A stretch of 63,835 bases of DNA, filler included, from Chiloscyllium plagiosum (Eukaryota): assembly GCF_004010195.1 (NCBI RefSeq). It is 4 parts of one record of this genome, joined end to end, with 100 filler letters (N's around TTAATTAATTAA, not from the genome) between each part and the next. Parts side by side here need not be neighbours in the genome. Positions count along the whole stretch, not along the records: positions 18,120 to 49,358 come from NC_057716.1; 3 more parts are not named here. One strand, 5' to 3'. Shown here one piece after another: positions 26,407 through 38,850 of the stretch. The notes under the pieces were generated by a model, which was not told the origin of the DNA, did not search any database, and worked only from the letters and a program-made list of their open reading frames with translations. The stretch's first letter is position 1. Every line of letters begins with the position of its first letter. Position numbers and translations under genes: made by a program.

Positions 26407-26735
26407 AGATTAGATTAGATTCCCTACAGTGTGGAAACAGGCCCTTTGGCCCAACAAGTCCACACTGACCCTCCGAAGAACAACCCACCCAGACCCATTC
26501 CCCTACATTTACCCCTGACTAACGCACCTATCACTACAGGCAATTTAGAATGGCCAATTCACCTAATCTGCACGTCTTTGGACTGTGGGAGGAAACCGGA
26601 GCACCCGGAGGAAACCCACGGAGACACGGGGAGAATGTGCAAACTCCACAAAACAGTCGCCCGAGGCTGGAATCGAACCTGGGACCGTGGTGCTGTGAGG
26701 CAGCAGTGCTAACCACTGAGCCACCATGCACCACC
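26407..26735 (-). mobile_element. Full HE1/V-SINE
   Basis: Reverse strand: ggtggctcagtggttagcactgctgcctcacagc...ggttcgattcc...tail (ctaat)n. Confidence 0.9.
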
Positions 26736-27333
26736 TCCCTCCCCTGTGTACCTCATTATCATGGAAAGGAAAATGTTATAACCTGATCAGACAAATAAGA
26801 AATTAAAGAGTGAAGATTGGAGAGCTACTACAGTTGCGTTGAGTGTCTTTAAAAAATATTGTTAGGAAAAGAGATAAAATATTCTTTTTGCTGTTTATGT
26901 CAGGATCTAAATTATCATATATCTGTGGTTATTGTTATTTTTTCTTTTGTCAAAAAATTGTGTTCTTTTGTTATTAGAATATGTTTACTTAATATGTTCA
27001 ATAATTGAGCAGCATGGTAACAAAACTTGAAAAGAGAAACCTTTTCTCTATCAAGTCAGGTTTCACTCTAAGATCTGAATGGTCCAGTATTATCAACAGC
27101 TGTGATTATAATACTTAAAAACCGCTAACCAATCCTAAATAGAAGCAGAAAATACTGGAAATACCCAGGAGGTCTGGGCAGTACCTCTGGAGAGAGAAAT
27201 GGAGTTAAAGTTTGAAGTCTGTGACCTTTCATCAGAATTAATAATCCTGAATGACCAATCAGTAGACCTGCTTTAAACTGATTGAAGTACCCTACAGCAA
27301 TTAGGTTAACTCTGCTGTTTATTAATTTTGCAG

Positions 27334-27495
27334 GATTTCATGTATGTGCAGCTGGATGGCTTTCAGGAGGGAGAGTTGGATATCCAATAGTAAAACCTGG
27401 ACCCAACTGTGGTGGTGGAAAAACTGGTATAATTGACTATGGACATCGAGTGAATAAATCAGAATTATGGGATGCTTACTGCTACAATCCACATG
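27334..27495 (+). CDS. TNFAIP6: TSG-6 exon 3 (C-terminal part of the Link module)
   Basis: GFHVCAAGWLSGGRVGYPIVKPGPNCGGGKTGIIDYGHRVNKSELWDAYCYNPH, highly similar to mammalian TSG-6; 162 nt, cag|...|gt, phase 1 to 1. Confidence 0.95.
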
Positions 27496-27635
27496 GTTTG
27501 TTCAATAGAGTTACGCTTTTCTTAATCTTTAAAATGTTATCAATATTTACATAATAGCAATGAAGAACGCAACCAATTACAACTGCTGGATACTGTGACA
27601 GTATAACAGCATCACTATAATCACACAGGATTAGA

Positions 27636-30385
27636 ATCATAGAAATGATACAGAACAGAAGGGGGCCATTCAGCCCTCTTCTCCATGCTGCCCAAAGACA
27701 CCCAGATGCCATCTAATCCCATCTTCCTGCATACGGCCCAAAGCCCTGCAGCTTATAGCACCTAAGGTGCACATCCAGGTAGTTTTTAAAAATGTTGAGA
27801 GTCTCTGCCTCCACCAACTCACTACCCTCTGCGTAAATGAACTTTTCCTTGGAGGAGTGGTCCAGGAAATGGCTGATGGAATTCAATGTGAGCAAATGCG
27901 AGGTCTTGCACTTTGGAAAAAAGAATAGAAGCATGGATTACTTTCTCAGCGGTGAGAAAATTCGTAAAGCCAAAGTACAGAGGGATCCGGGAGTGCTAGT
28001 TGAGGATTCTCTAAAGGTAAACATGCAGGTTGAGTCCATGATTAAGAAAGCGAATGCAATGTTGTCAATTATCTCAAGAGGGTCGGAATATAAAAGCACC
28101 GTTGTGCTACTGAGACTTTATAAAGCTCTGGTTAGGCACCATTTGGAGTACTGTGTCCAGTTTTGGTCCCCACACCTCAGGAAGGACATACTGGAACTGG
28201 AGCGTGTCCAGCGGAGATTNNNNNNNNNNNNNNNNNNNNNNNNNNNNNNNNNNNNNNNNNNNNNNNNNNNNNNNNAAATGTCTTCAAGGCAGAAATTGAT
28301 AAATTCTTGATGTCACAAGGAATTAAGGGCTACGGGGAGAATGCGGGTAAGTGGAGTTGAAATGCCCATCAGCTATGATTGAATGGCGGAGTGGACTCGA
28401 TGGGCCGAATGGCCTTACTTCCGCTCCTATGTCTTATGGTCTTATGGTCTTATGTCCCCTATAATCCATCTGCCACTGAGCTTGAAATTTTGACCCCTGG
28501 TTATTGAACCCTCGGCTAAGGGAAACAAGTTCCCCCATCTACTCTATCATTACCCCTCCCAATTTTGTATACCTCAATCATGTCCCCCCTCAGCCTTCTC
28601 TGTTCCAACGCTAACAACCCCAACTTCTTCAATGTCTCCTTGGAGCTACAATTCTCCAGCCCAGCAACTTTTTAGTCAATCTTCCTTGCACTCTCTCCAG
28701 AGCAATTTCATCCTTCCTGTAATGTAGTGACCAGGTTGCACACAATACTCCAGTTGTGGCCTCAGCAGTGTCTTATACAATTTCATCATTATATCCCTAC
28801 TTTTGTATTTTGTACCTCTGCCACTGAAGGAAAGCATTCCATATACCTTCGTTATAACCTTACCTACCATACTGCAATCTTTTGAGACGTGTACACTTGG
28901 ACACAAAGATCTCTCACTTCATCTACCCCTCTCAGTGTATTCTCATTTTTTTGTTGTATTCCCTTTTACTGTTTGACCTCCCTAATGGCGTTACCTCACA
29001 CTTATCATAGTTGAACACCATCTACCACTTTGCTGCCTACGCCACCAGCCTATCTATAATAATTTGGAGCTTACAGCTATCCTTTACAACATCCACTACA
29101 CATCCAATTTTTATCTGTAAATATCCCAACTGTAACCCCACCCTGTTAAAGTCCAATTCATCAATGTAGAAAACAAATAGCAGGGGTCCCAACACCGAAC
29201 CCTATGGAATACCACTTCACACAGCTTTCCATTCGCAAAGGCAGCCATCAACCATTCCCTTCATTTGCTGTTACTCAGCCAACTTCCGATCCAATTCAAC
29301 ACATTACCCTGTATCCCATGGGCTTTTTACTTTTTTGACTAGTCTGCCATGTAGGACCTTGTCAAATGCCTTACTGAAATCCACGTTGATAACATCCACT
29401 GCATTACCCTCATCAATCCTCCTTGTCACTTCCTCAAATATTTCAATCAAATTTGTTAGGCATGACCTTCAATTATCAAAGCCATGCTGACTATCCCTGA
29501 CTAGTCCACGCCTTTCTAACTGACAGTTTATCCTCAGGATTGATTCTAACAATTTGCCCACCGCCAAAGTAAGGCTAGCTTGCCTATAATTGTTTGACAT
29601 TTCCTTTGTGCCCTTTTTAAACAACAGAACAATGTTTGCTTTCCTCCAGTACCTCACCTGTGTCTAGTGAAGATTGGAAAATAATCCTCAGAACACCTGC
29701 TATTTCCTCCCTGACCCCTTTCAATATGCTTGCAAACAATCCATCTGACTCTGGTACCTTAAGGATTCCAACACTTCTAACACATTCTCTCTTGTTATGA
29801 TTATTTTGTCCAATATATCACACTATTCCTCTTAGATGACCATATCCACATCATCTTTTTCCTTGTGAATACAGAAACAAAAAAATGATTTTAAAATTCT
29901 TCCCATATATTCTGCATCATTACTCAATTTCCCTTTCTCATCTCTGGTAGGCCCCACATTTTCCTTAATTATCCTTTTGCTCTTTATTTATTAGTAAAAC
30001 ATGTTTAGGTTTTCCTTTATCTTGTTGCTAATAGTTGTTCATGCCCTCTCTTTGATTTCCTCATTTCTTTTTCACTTGTTCCCTGTACTTTCTACTGTTC
30101 TAGAATATCTGCAGTGTTGAGTTTTTGAGACTATCATAAACTTTCTTTTTTTGCTTAATCGTCCCCTGTATCTTTCTAGACAACCATGGGGTCTAAATTT
30201 GGCAGTACCATTCTTATATTTGGAGAGGACATATCTGCTTTGTGCCCTAAGATTCTCAGTTTTTAGTTATCTCCCATTGGTTCACCACTGATTTATCCTT
30301 TAGCAGTCCTATCTAATCCACTTCAGCCAAACCACTTCCCCCTGTATAAAACCTTTACTCCTCATTTATCTCTGTCCTTTTCCAT
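27636..30385 (-). mobile_element. Old CR1 (-) interrupted by a younger CR1 (+) at about 27847-28453
   Basis: Minus-strand RT remnants (NYRQASLT, RPQLEYCVQ); the plus-strand insert reads WLMEFNVSKCEVLHFG and ends (tcttatgg)n. Confidence 0.85.
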
Positions 30386-30390
30386 ATTGT

Positions 30391-30515
30391 GAAGGTGCGG
30401 TGTTGGACTGTGTTGGATAAGGTCAAGAATCACACAATACCAGATTATAGTCCAAAAGATTTATTTGAAAATACAAGCTTTTGGACTCTCGCTCCTTCTT
30501 CAGGTGCTAGTGAGA
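30391..30515 (-). repeat. PLE terminal-repeat fragment, family B
   Basis: Similar to 221-335; reverse complement contains cacCTGAAGAaggagcgagagtccaaaagctt. Confidence 0.6.
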
Positions 30516-31716
30516 GACAGACCATAGACACAGAATTTATAAGTAAAAGATCAAAGGGTCATACAACTGATGCAAATGAATTAGATTAGATTACCTACAA
30601 CACATCTAAGATGACTGTTGAATCTTTAATCAGTTAGAAATGAGGTGCATGTTTCAATTTATTAATATGCAAAGAGTGTGTTTATTCATTGCAAAAACAT
30701 GAGGAAAAATAAAAGACAACCCACATAAACCCAAATGAGAAATAAGTAGTAAATAAAAAGATAACTTTTTAAAAAAGACAAATCAATCAACTTTTGGGTG
30801 GTCCTTGTGGAGTAGATGGTGAAACGTTGTGGCTGTTGAGCTGGGTAATTTTGGTAGCATTGATTCTGGTAGTTGACCATTTATTTTGGTGATTGTGGAT
30901 TTTGCAGATTTGCTGGAAAAGTAATCCGGTTTGCTGTTTGGCTGTGGGTTTTGGCTGGTAACTTGCTTCAGCAGTCAGAAAGTGAGAGAGACAGAGTTCC
31001 CATTGTATCCTTCTTATTTTCAAACTCAAAGGATGTTCTTAGCTGTTACCATCACAGCACCACACTTTATCCCTGTAACACCAGAATGACAGTCTATATA
31101 TATACACACACACACATCCTTAGATGAGGGAAGCAGAAGGTGGCCCATTGAGTTTGATTTGGCATTCAATGAGATCATGGCTGATCTGACAGCTCCATTT
31201 TCTTCATAACCCTGATTCCCTTGCTGATTAATCATCTTTCTACTGCACAAGAAATGCAATAATGGCTTTTAACCTCATCTTTTTTATATTCCTGGCAGGT
31301 TACAGCACAGACATCTCTTTTGCCCACACTGTATTTCTAATCTGTCACATAACATCCATCATCTGGGGGTGTAATACACGGAGATGGTTCAGGTTTTTTC
31401 ATTGTGTCGCTTCTTTTGTAGTGTTTCTTTGCAATCCTTTGACATCCTTTTATTCAATATTCCACAGTCTGTATTGATGCTGAGGGCAATCCAAACAGGA
31501 ACATTCCAGACAGTCACTGAATTACAATACAGCCATGTCTGGCTCATATGCTCTTTTTCAACAAAAAACTGAAACAACTTGTCAGACTTAAAAGTTCAAA
31601 TATGTCCATAAATAATTCAGAATTATGATCTGTTACCATGACAATATATTTCATAGAAGAATGTTTCAAGTTTTTTGCAGAATATAATCTCTTTGCTTAT
31701 ATTTTCTATTCTTCAG

Positions 31717-31945
31717 CAAAACAATGTGGTGGTGTTCTAACAGATCCAGAACGGATTATCAAGTCCCCAAATTTCCCAGATGAGTATGAGGATCAACAAG
31801 TCTGTTACTGGCACATTCGACTTAAATACAAGCAACGCATCCAATTACAGTTTCTGGAATTTGATATAGAAGATGACCCATCTTGCTTATCTGACTACCT
31901 TGAAGTGTATGACAGTTATGATGATTTGCTAGGCTTTGTTGGCAG
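31717..31945 (+). CDS. TNFAIP6: TSG-6 exon 4 (CUB domain)
   Basis: AKQCGGVLTDPERIIKSPNFPDEYEDQQVCYWHIRLKY...YDSYDDLLGFVGR; 229 nt; canonical splice sites. Confidence 0.95.
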
Positions 31946-32069
31946 GTAAATGTTTATTGGAATGATGGGATAATAATGTATGAGAACAGTACTGTGGTAA
32001 CACAGTGAGATTGGGTAAATATCAAATTTTCCAGTTTCACGTAGATTTAGTTTTTGCTTTTAAATAAAC

Positions 32070-33400
32070 ATAGAAGTAGATGAATTAGGAGCATAATTGG
32101 ACCATTCGGCCCCTTATGCCGATTGTACAACTCAATAAGATCATAGTTTGTGTTTTGAATTTCACATTTCTATGCTTCCAACAATCTTTGATTCCCTTGG
32201 CTAACAAAAATCTATCTCTCTTTGCCTTAAAAGATTTAAGTGAACCTGCCTCCACCACCTTCTAAGGTGGAGTTCCAAAGTTGCACAATCTCTGAGAGAA
32301 AAAAAATCTAATCTCTGTCATAAAAGGGTGACACCTAATTTTAAAACAGAGCCCTTAGCTCTTACTGGCCCACAGGAGGAAACACTTTTTCCATGTTCAC
32401 TTTGTCAAGACCATTCAAGATCTTATCGAATTCAATCAAACCACACCACATATTTCTAAATTCCAGAGAATGCATGCTTAGTCTCTCCAACCTTTCTATG
32501 ATAAGATAAGCCACTCAGTCCAGATATCAATATAGTAATTTTTTTCAGAACCACCACCAATGTATTTTCATTCTTCTCGAAATAAGAAGACTAAAACTAC
32601 AAACTGTATTCAAAATTTGGTCTCACCAATGTCCTGTGTAACTGAAACATAGCTTCCTTACTTTTACATTCAATTCCTCTCATTACTTACAATAGCATTC
32701 TATTGGCCAATTTAATTTCTTGATGTACCTGAACACTAACATTTTGTAACTCATGTGTTAGAATACCTAAATCCCTCTACACCTTGGAATTCTGTTCAGA
32801 TGTTCTCCATTTAGGTAATACTCTTTTTTATTCTTCCTGCCAGATATCACATTTTCCTATATTAAACTTCATTTACCAGATTTTTGCCCACTCAACCTAT
32901 CTATGTTTATCTGTATCCTCTTTATATCCTCTGTACAGCATACTTACTCACCTATCTCTGTTTTAGCCACTGATTTAGTTACCCTGCTCCTCTTTTTCTC
33001 TTCTCTAAGTCAATATTATAAATTGTAAAGCCTCGATGGAACTTCACACTTCACATCTATCAATCAGAAAATGGCCTACTTATGCATATTCCATTTTCTG
33101 CCAGCCAGCCAGTCAGACAAACTTCGATCCATTCTAGCATGTTACCTTCAACATCATGTGTTTCTACTTTGTGCAAAAACCTTCCATGTGGTATCTGGTC
33201 AAATGACTTCTAGAAATCCACAATCCATGTCTACAGACTCCCCTTTATCCACATCATGTTACTCCTTCAAGAAAATCCAATAAATTGATTAAACATGATT
33301 ACCCTTTCCTGTAACAATGCTGACTTTGAGATTACCTTGAATTTTTCTAACAGTTGTAACCTGCTTAATAATTGATTCCAAATCCAGAATCAAGATATAT
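32070..33400 (-). mobile_element. Old degenerate CR1
   Basis: Tail gaattaggagca..ggaccattcggcccc and RT-derived sequence similar to 50760-51485. Confidence 0.7.
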
Positions 33401-33607
33401 TCCTGTCTCCTGAAAAACATTACATATGTAAAGACTATAGTGTAAAGACAATGTTTCCGCATTGGGAAATATGCTTCAAGTCAGAATGTGTCTCTGATTA
33501 TTTTGAAGACCGGAAATCCAATTTGCATCTTTAAGTTTATATTTTTCACTAGGGAATCTTCCATTTCTACTGCTCAATTTCAAACTTCCTATTTTGTGTG
33601 TTCTCAG

Positions 33608-33648
33608 GTTTTGTGGAAACAAATTACCAAGTGACATCATTAGTACAG
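33608..33648 (+). CDS. TNFAIP6: TSG-6 exon 5 (41 nt)
   Basis: ttctcag|G FCGNKLPSDIIST G|gtaacc; phase 2 to 1. Confidence 0.93.
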
Positions 33649-35149
33649 GTAACCATATAATTGAATAATTCTTGTGTGTTGAACTAGAAATACTTCTCAA
33701 AGTTTTAGAATTTTCTGAAGTCAACTTTCTTTAAGAATTGTTGAAAAAATGTCAAATTCTCTTCATATAGTGTTGCATATGAAGTGCTCAAGTTATTTGT
33801 GACATTGTTTCCTGAACAAATTTTCCATTACTGCTTATGTATCAATTTCATTCCAACCAAAGAGGCACTAGTTCCTGATGACAATACCTAGTCCGATACA
33901 ACTGCAGAAAATGTGCGCCTTTAATTTAGTCAACTCACAGATTGCTGCTGTGATCCATTGAGTAGCCATCATAACTAACCAATCTCAAACCAATGTTTTA
34001 GATGCAAGGAAGAAAGACATTGATCTTAAGATGTTAATGAACTTTAATCCCTTTGCTTTCTGAATTACAATTAATGTTGGAAAAAGCAGTATTAAAATGA
34101 CATGACACTCAGCTCTGAACCCAACAAATCTCCAATGGTGCAATTAGAGGTCAGCCCAACAGATAAGACTTGAGTCCAACACTTACCTAACAGACATGCA
34201 CAAAATGTAAACATCATAGAAATTAACCACAGATGTATGACATTATGCAAACACATGTGCAATAGTCAATTCTTCAGCTGAATTGACTATCAGGTACAAA
34301 CATCCATAATTCAATTTCGGTGCCAGTAACAATGGTAATGTGGGGATTCTATAGCACTAAACAAATGCCATTAGTAGGATTAGACAGTTGGTTAGAAATG
34401 GCAGCATTTGGTGTGAGCTTGCCTTCAATAGTGTATTTTACCTGACATTGCAATGCTAATGTTATCTCCTACAACACAAGAAACTAGTCATGAATATCAT
34501 GAGATTGAAGGATCCAAAGGACATTTGTTGCAGCTATATTTCATTCCTGAATAAGAAAAGTGTCTGGGCTAATATGAAGCTAAGAATTTACAGCATGGGA
34601 CCTGCAATTACAATTGTATTATATCATGTGACCTGAGGGTATAAATATACAATACAAGGAACTGCTCCCATTAGCGTGCCATGTTTAAAACAGTCAAGGT
34701 AAAATTTAGCATGAGAACTTTAGACCTTCAAGTCATTTGCTATGACACAGTGGTGAATATTTTTCAGCTGCACCTAAAGCATGTAATTTTTGATGGCCTG
34801 CCGCTATGGTTTTATGCTTTGTCCTGAAGCATTGCATCAATGACCTGGTACTTTTCTTGTCTTAAAGAACCTACATAAAGGTTCTATTTGGCATGAAGGT
34901 GATTGCTAAATCAATAAACCTCTCTTCTCCTCTTTAATGCCCCTCTCCTGAAACAAATATAATTGTAATGATCTGCAAAGTGTACCCAACAACAAAATCT
35001 GTAAAAGGTGTGGTTCGTCTCAACTCCCCAAAAGCTATCCAGCTTTTCTTTAAATCTGTAAAGCGTATGGAATATTGGACATAAATGTGCAGTAAATCTG
35101 GTTCCAAATACAAGGCAGACCCCCCCCCCCAAAAAAAACACAGCTGACC

Positions 35150-36115
35150 AAACAACATTGGTTTTAATTTTTAAAACTCATTAGATTCAAGGAAAGTTCA
35201 TTTTGATTGGAAAAGAGTTAATGAAACTTCTTTATTCAAAAAGGGAGGGAGGCAGAAAGCAGGAAACTACAGGCCATTAGCTTAACATTTATCATAAGAA
35301 AAATGTTATTCAAGACATTATAATAGAACACGTGGATAAGTTCAAGGTAACCAAGCAGAGCCAACATGATTTGGTCAAAGGAAAATCATGTTTAATTAAA
35401 TAATTGGAATTCTTTGAAAAAATAACTTATACTGTAGATAAGGGAGAATCAGTGGATGTATTGTATTGAGGTTTCCAGAATGTATTTGATAAGGTTATTG
35501 TGTAAAAAGCACATGGTATATGGAATAATATATTGGCATTGTTGGGAGGTTGGCTGGCTAAATTGGACCAGATTGTAGGAAGAAATGGGTCTTTTCTGGC
35601 TGGATGGATGTTATGAGTCGTGTCCCACAAGTGTCAGTACTGGGCCTTCAACTCTTTACAATTTATAATAAAGATTTGGTTAAAAGGACCGAAAGTATAG
35701 GAACTAACTTTGCTGATGACACAATCATAAATAGGGAAATGAGTCATGAAGAGGACATAAGAAGCCTGCAAGGAATACAGATAGGCTATGCGAATGGGCA
35801 AAGTTCTGGCAAATGGAATACAATGTGGGAAAGTGGGAAAGAATAACAAATAAGCTTATCAGCTTAATAGTGTGAGATTGTAGAGCTCTGAGATACAGAC
35901 AGATCTGAATGTCCTTGTGCATGAATTGCAGAAGATTAGTATACAGGTCCAGCAAGTTATTTGGGAAGGTGAGAGAAATTGAATGCAAGCACAAGGAGGT
36001 TATGCTTCACTTATAGAGGGCTTTGGTGAAGCCGCATTTGGAGTACTATGTATGTACTGGTCACTGACCAAGTTAATCTGTTGAATAGTGGAGCAAACCT
36101 GAAGGGCCTAATATT
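35150..36115 (+). mobile_element. Old degenerate CR1 RT fragment
   Basis: VPQVSVLGLQLFTIYNKDL...NFADDT; ggaaactacaggcc. Confidence 0.8.
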
Positions 36116-36789
36116 GTTCCTTGTATTGTATATTTATACCCTCAGGTCACATGCTATAATACAATTGTAATTGCAAGTCCCATGCTGTAACACAGTGATG
36201 ATACCATGAGTAGATTCACACTAACATACTGCCCTTAAGACATAACAACAGCACTGGAGAAACATAGGTTGGCTGAATAAAGCAACCAGTTGCTGTGGCA
36301 TTCTCTGCCTTTAGCATTTTGGTGATTCCCACTTGGGTCATTAAAAAGATGTTAAGAATTCAAAATTTTGCACTAATCAGATATTGGTGACATTAATTTC
36401 AAAGGATTTCCTCTTAGCCCTCTGCTCACAATCAGGAACCACAGCATAGAAACAGTTCAGGGTTATGATGTAATAAAGCTTTTCCCCAATTTCTAGCTCA
36501 CTAGCCTCAAAACTGGAGTGAGGAGAGAGCCTGGGCTATCTACTGTAATATTATTTCCTTGCTTTTCTTGTGTATTTTCACATTCTCCCATTACATTTGA
36601 AGCACTATTGTCTTTAACAGAATAAAACTCCAACTGTCATGATCTACGTGTTGGTCAGTTCGTGTAGATGGTTGGGGTGTGGTGCTAATAATGCCCAAGG
36701 TCATGGGTTAAATCCACAGTAACCTGGTGTGGCATTGGGGTTCGCAAGTAATAGGTTCACAGGATCTGTGTTTGTCATCGCCTTTAAGG

Positions 36790-37385
36790 CAGCTCAGTGA
36801 TTAGCACTGTAGCCTCATAGTGCCAGAGACCCAGTTTTGATTCCAGCCTTGGGGGCCTGTCTGTGTGGAGTTTGCAATTCTCCAAATCACACAATCCCAC
36901 AATCCAAAGATGTACAGGTCAGGTGGATTGGGTATGCTAAATTACCCTTAGTGTTAGGTGCATTAGTCAGTGTGGAGATTCCTGAAGAAGGGCCTGTGCC
37001 CGAAACATCGAATCTCCTGTTCCCTGGATGCTGCCTGACCTGCTGTGCTGTTCCAGCAATAAAGTTTCAACTTTGATCTCCAGCATCTGCAGACCTCACT
37101 TTCTCCNNNNNNNNNNNNNNNNNNNNNNNNNNNNNNNNNNNNNNNNNNNNNNNNNNNNNNNNNNNNNNNNNNNNNNNNNNNNNNNNNNNNNNNNNNNNNN
37201 NNNNNNNNNNNNNNNNNNNNNNNNNNNNNNNNNNNNNNNNNNNNNNNNNNNNNNNNNNNNNNNNNNNNNNNNNNNNNNNNNNNNGGGTAAATGTAGGGGT
37301 ATGGGTGGGTTGCGCTTCGGCGGGTCGGTATGGGCTTGTTGGGCCGAAGGGCCTGTTTCCACAGTGTAATGTAATCTAATCTAAA
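36790..37385 (+). mobile_element. HE1/V-SINE split by a PLE terminus (36974-37106) and a gap
   Basis: The SINE head and body stop at gcattagtcag and resume after the Ns as gggtaaatgtagggg...ctaatctaa. Confidence 0.8.
36974..37017 (+). ncRNA. Minimal type I hammerhead ribozyme motif (PLE-associated)
   Basis: GGAGATTC-CTGAAGA-A-GGGC ctgt GCCC-GAAA-CATC-GAATCTCC: 8-bp stem I, 4-bp stem II, conserved core; stem III has decayed (ACAT versus ACGT). Confidence 0.7.
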
Positions 37386-37607
37386 CTCTATCCACAGGAA
37401 CACAAATTATTCTACAGATTTTCAATCCTTCTATGGATGTTCAATATTTTCTACTCATCCGTATCAGTAGTTAGCATAAGTTTGATTCTGCTACAAAAAT
37501 TAAAAAATTGGAAAATTGATGATGATTAACTTAATGTCAACTTTTCAAACGTAGAGCAAATTACTACCAAGAAATTAATTCACAATTTTATTTTCCTTCT
37601 ACCATAG

Positions 37608-37756
37608 GCAATGTTATGACTCTGAAGTTCTTGTCAGATTCTTCAGTTACAGCTAAAGGTTTCCAACTTACTTACAAGGCCATCATGCCATCTACTCCAG
37701 CCTCAACTGACCAGACAGAAGACAGCAAAAGTGAAATAAATTACACTGTTTCCTAG
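37608..37756 (+). CDS. TNFAIP6: TSG-6 exon 6 (end of CUB plus tail, stop TAG)
   Basis: accatag|GNVMTLKFLSDSSVTAKGFQLTYKAIMPSTPASTDQTEDSKSEINYTVS*. Confidence 0.93.
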
Positions 37757-38358
37757 GCAGTCAAACGAAACTCACTGTTTAATGAATTCAGTTAATTGTC
37801 TCGAAAATGATCACAGATAACTTGGAATCTCTTATATCCAATTCTTAACCTAGCATCAAACACAAACTTGATTTAGGTTTAGTTTTTCTTCATAGTAGAG
37901 TTCCTTACATTTTCCACATTTTCTCTATAACTGGTTAAAACATAATGCACAGACTAGCTACTGACAGAAAAGCTCATGTGTGTAACTGTTATTTAGTTTG
38001 AGAAAACAATCTAGGAATATTCAATGCCCCTCTATCTGATATTTAATTATCTTATTTAAAAGATAGTCTGTCTGTCTAATCTAAATATATCAACAAAAAA
38101 ACACCACCACTTTCAATATATGTCTCAATTCCTGAGTCCAAGGAAATCAGAGGTATTGAGCTTTCCTTTCATTTGTTTTTCTTATTTTTGTCAACCAAGT
38201 GTCCAGTTAACTTGCTATTCCCCCAACTGCGAATGAGTCTTAAAGTTGTGCTTCATACAAAAATACTTTCAAAAAATATTTTCTATTTGTTTTTGAGAGG
38301 TGCCATCAGAGCAGCTATTCAGGCAGAACCTAACTCACACTTTTACAGTTTAAATCCC

Positions 38359-38364
38359 AATAAA
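38359..38364 (+). terminator. Candidate polyadenylation signal for TNFAIP6
   Basis: AATAAA about 600 nt after the stop, in AT-rich 3' sequence. Confidence 0.35.
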
Positions 38365-38532
38365 ATATTCAAATTCACTCCTGCTCTTAAAAATTATTAA
38401 TTAAATAATTGAATTGTGCTTGTTACAACTGAATCTATCGAACAGAAAAATCTCAGTTGTAACAACTATCAAGAAACTTACAACAAATTTACATTAAATT
38501 TACACTAAAGGTGATAAGTTGCACATATCAGA

Positions 38533-38850
38533 GGTGATGGCCTAGTGGTATTATCACTGGACTGTTAATCTAGAGACCCCAGGCAATATTCTGGGGACCT
38601 GGGTTCAAATCCCACTATGGCAGATGGTGGAATTTGAACTCAATAAACACCTGGAATTAAGAATCTCATGACTGCTATAAATCCATTGCCAATTGTCAGA
38701 AAACCCATCTTGTTTACTAACATCTCTTAGGAAAAGGAAACTGCCATCCTTACCTGGTCTGGCCTACATGTGACTCCAGATCCATAACAAAGTGGTTGAC
38801 TCTCTGCTGCCTAGCCAGTGATGCCCTCATCCTGTTAAAAAGAATTTAAG
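38533..38850 (+). mobile_element. DeuSINE/SacSINE1-like SINE
   Basis: A box tggcctagtgg, B box gggttcaaatccc, core aactgccatccttacctggtctggcctacatgtgactccaga. Confidence 0.75.

Noticed and set aside
17311..27334. In-frame PARP14-TSG-6 fusion protein
   Set aside because: Phase 0 donor versus phase 1 acceptor; no phase-correcting exon was found.
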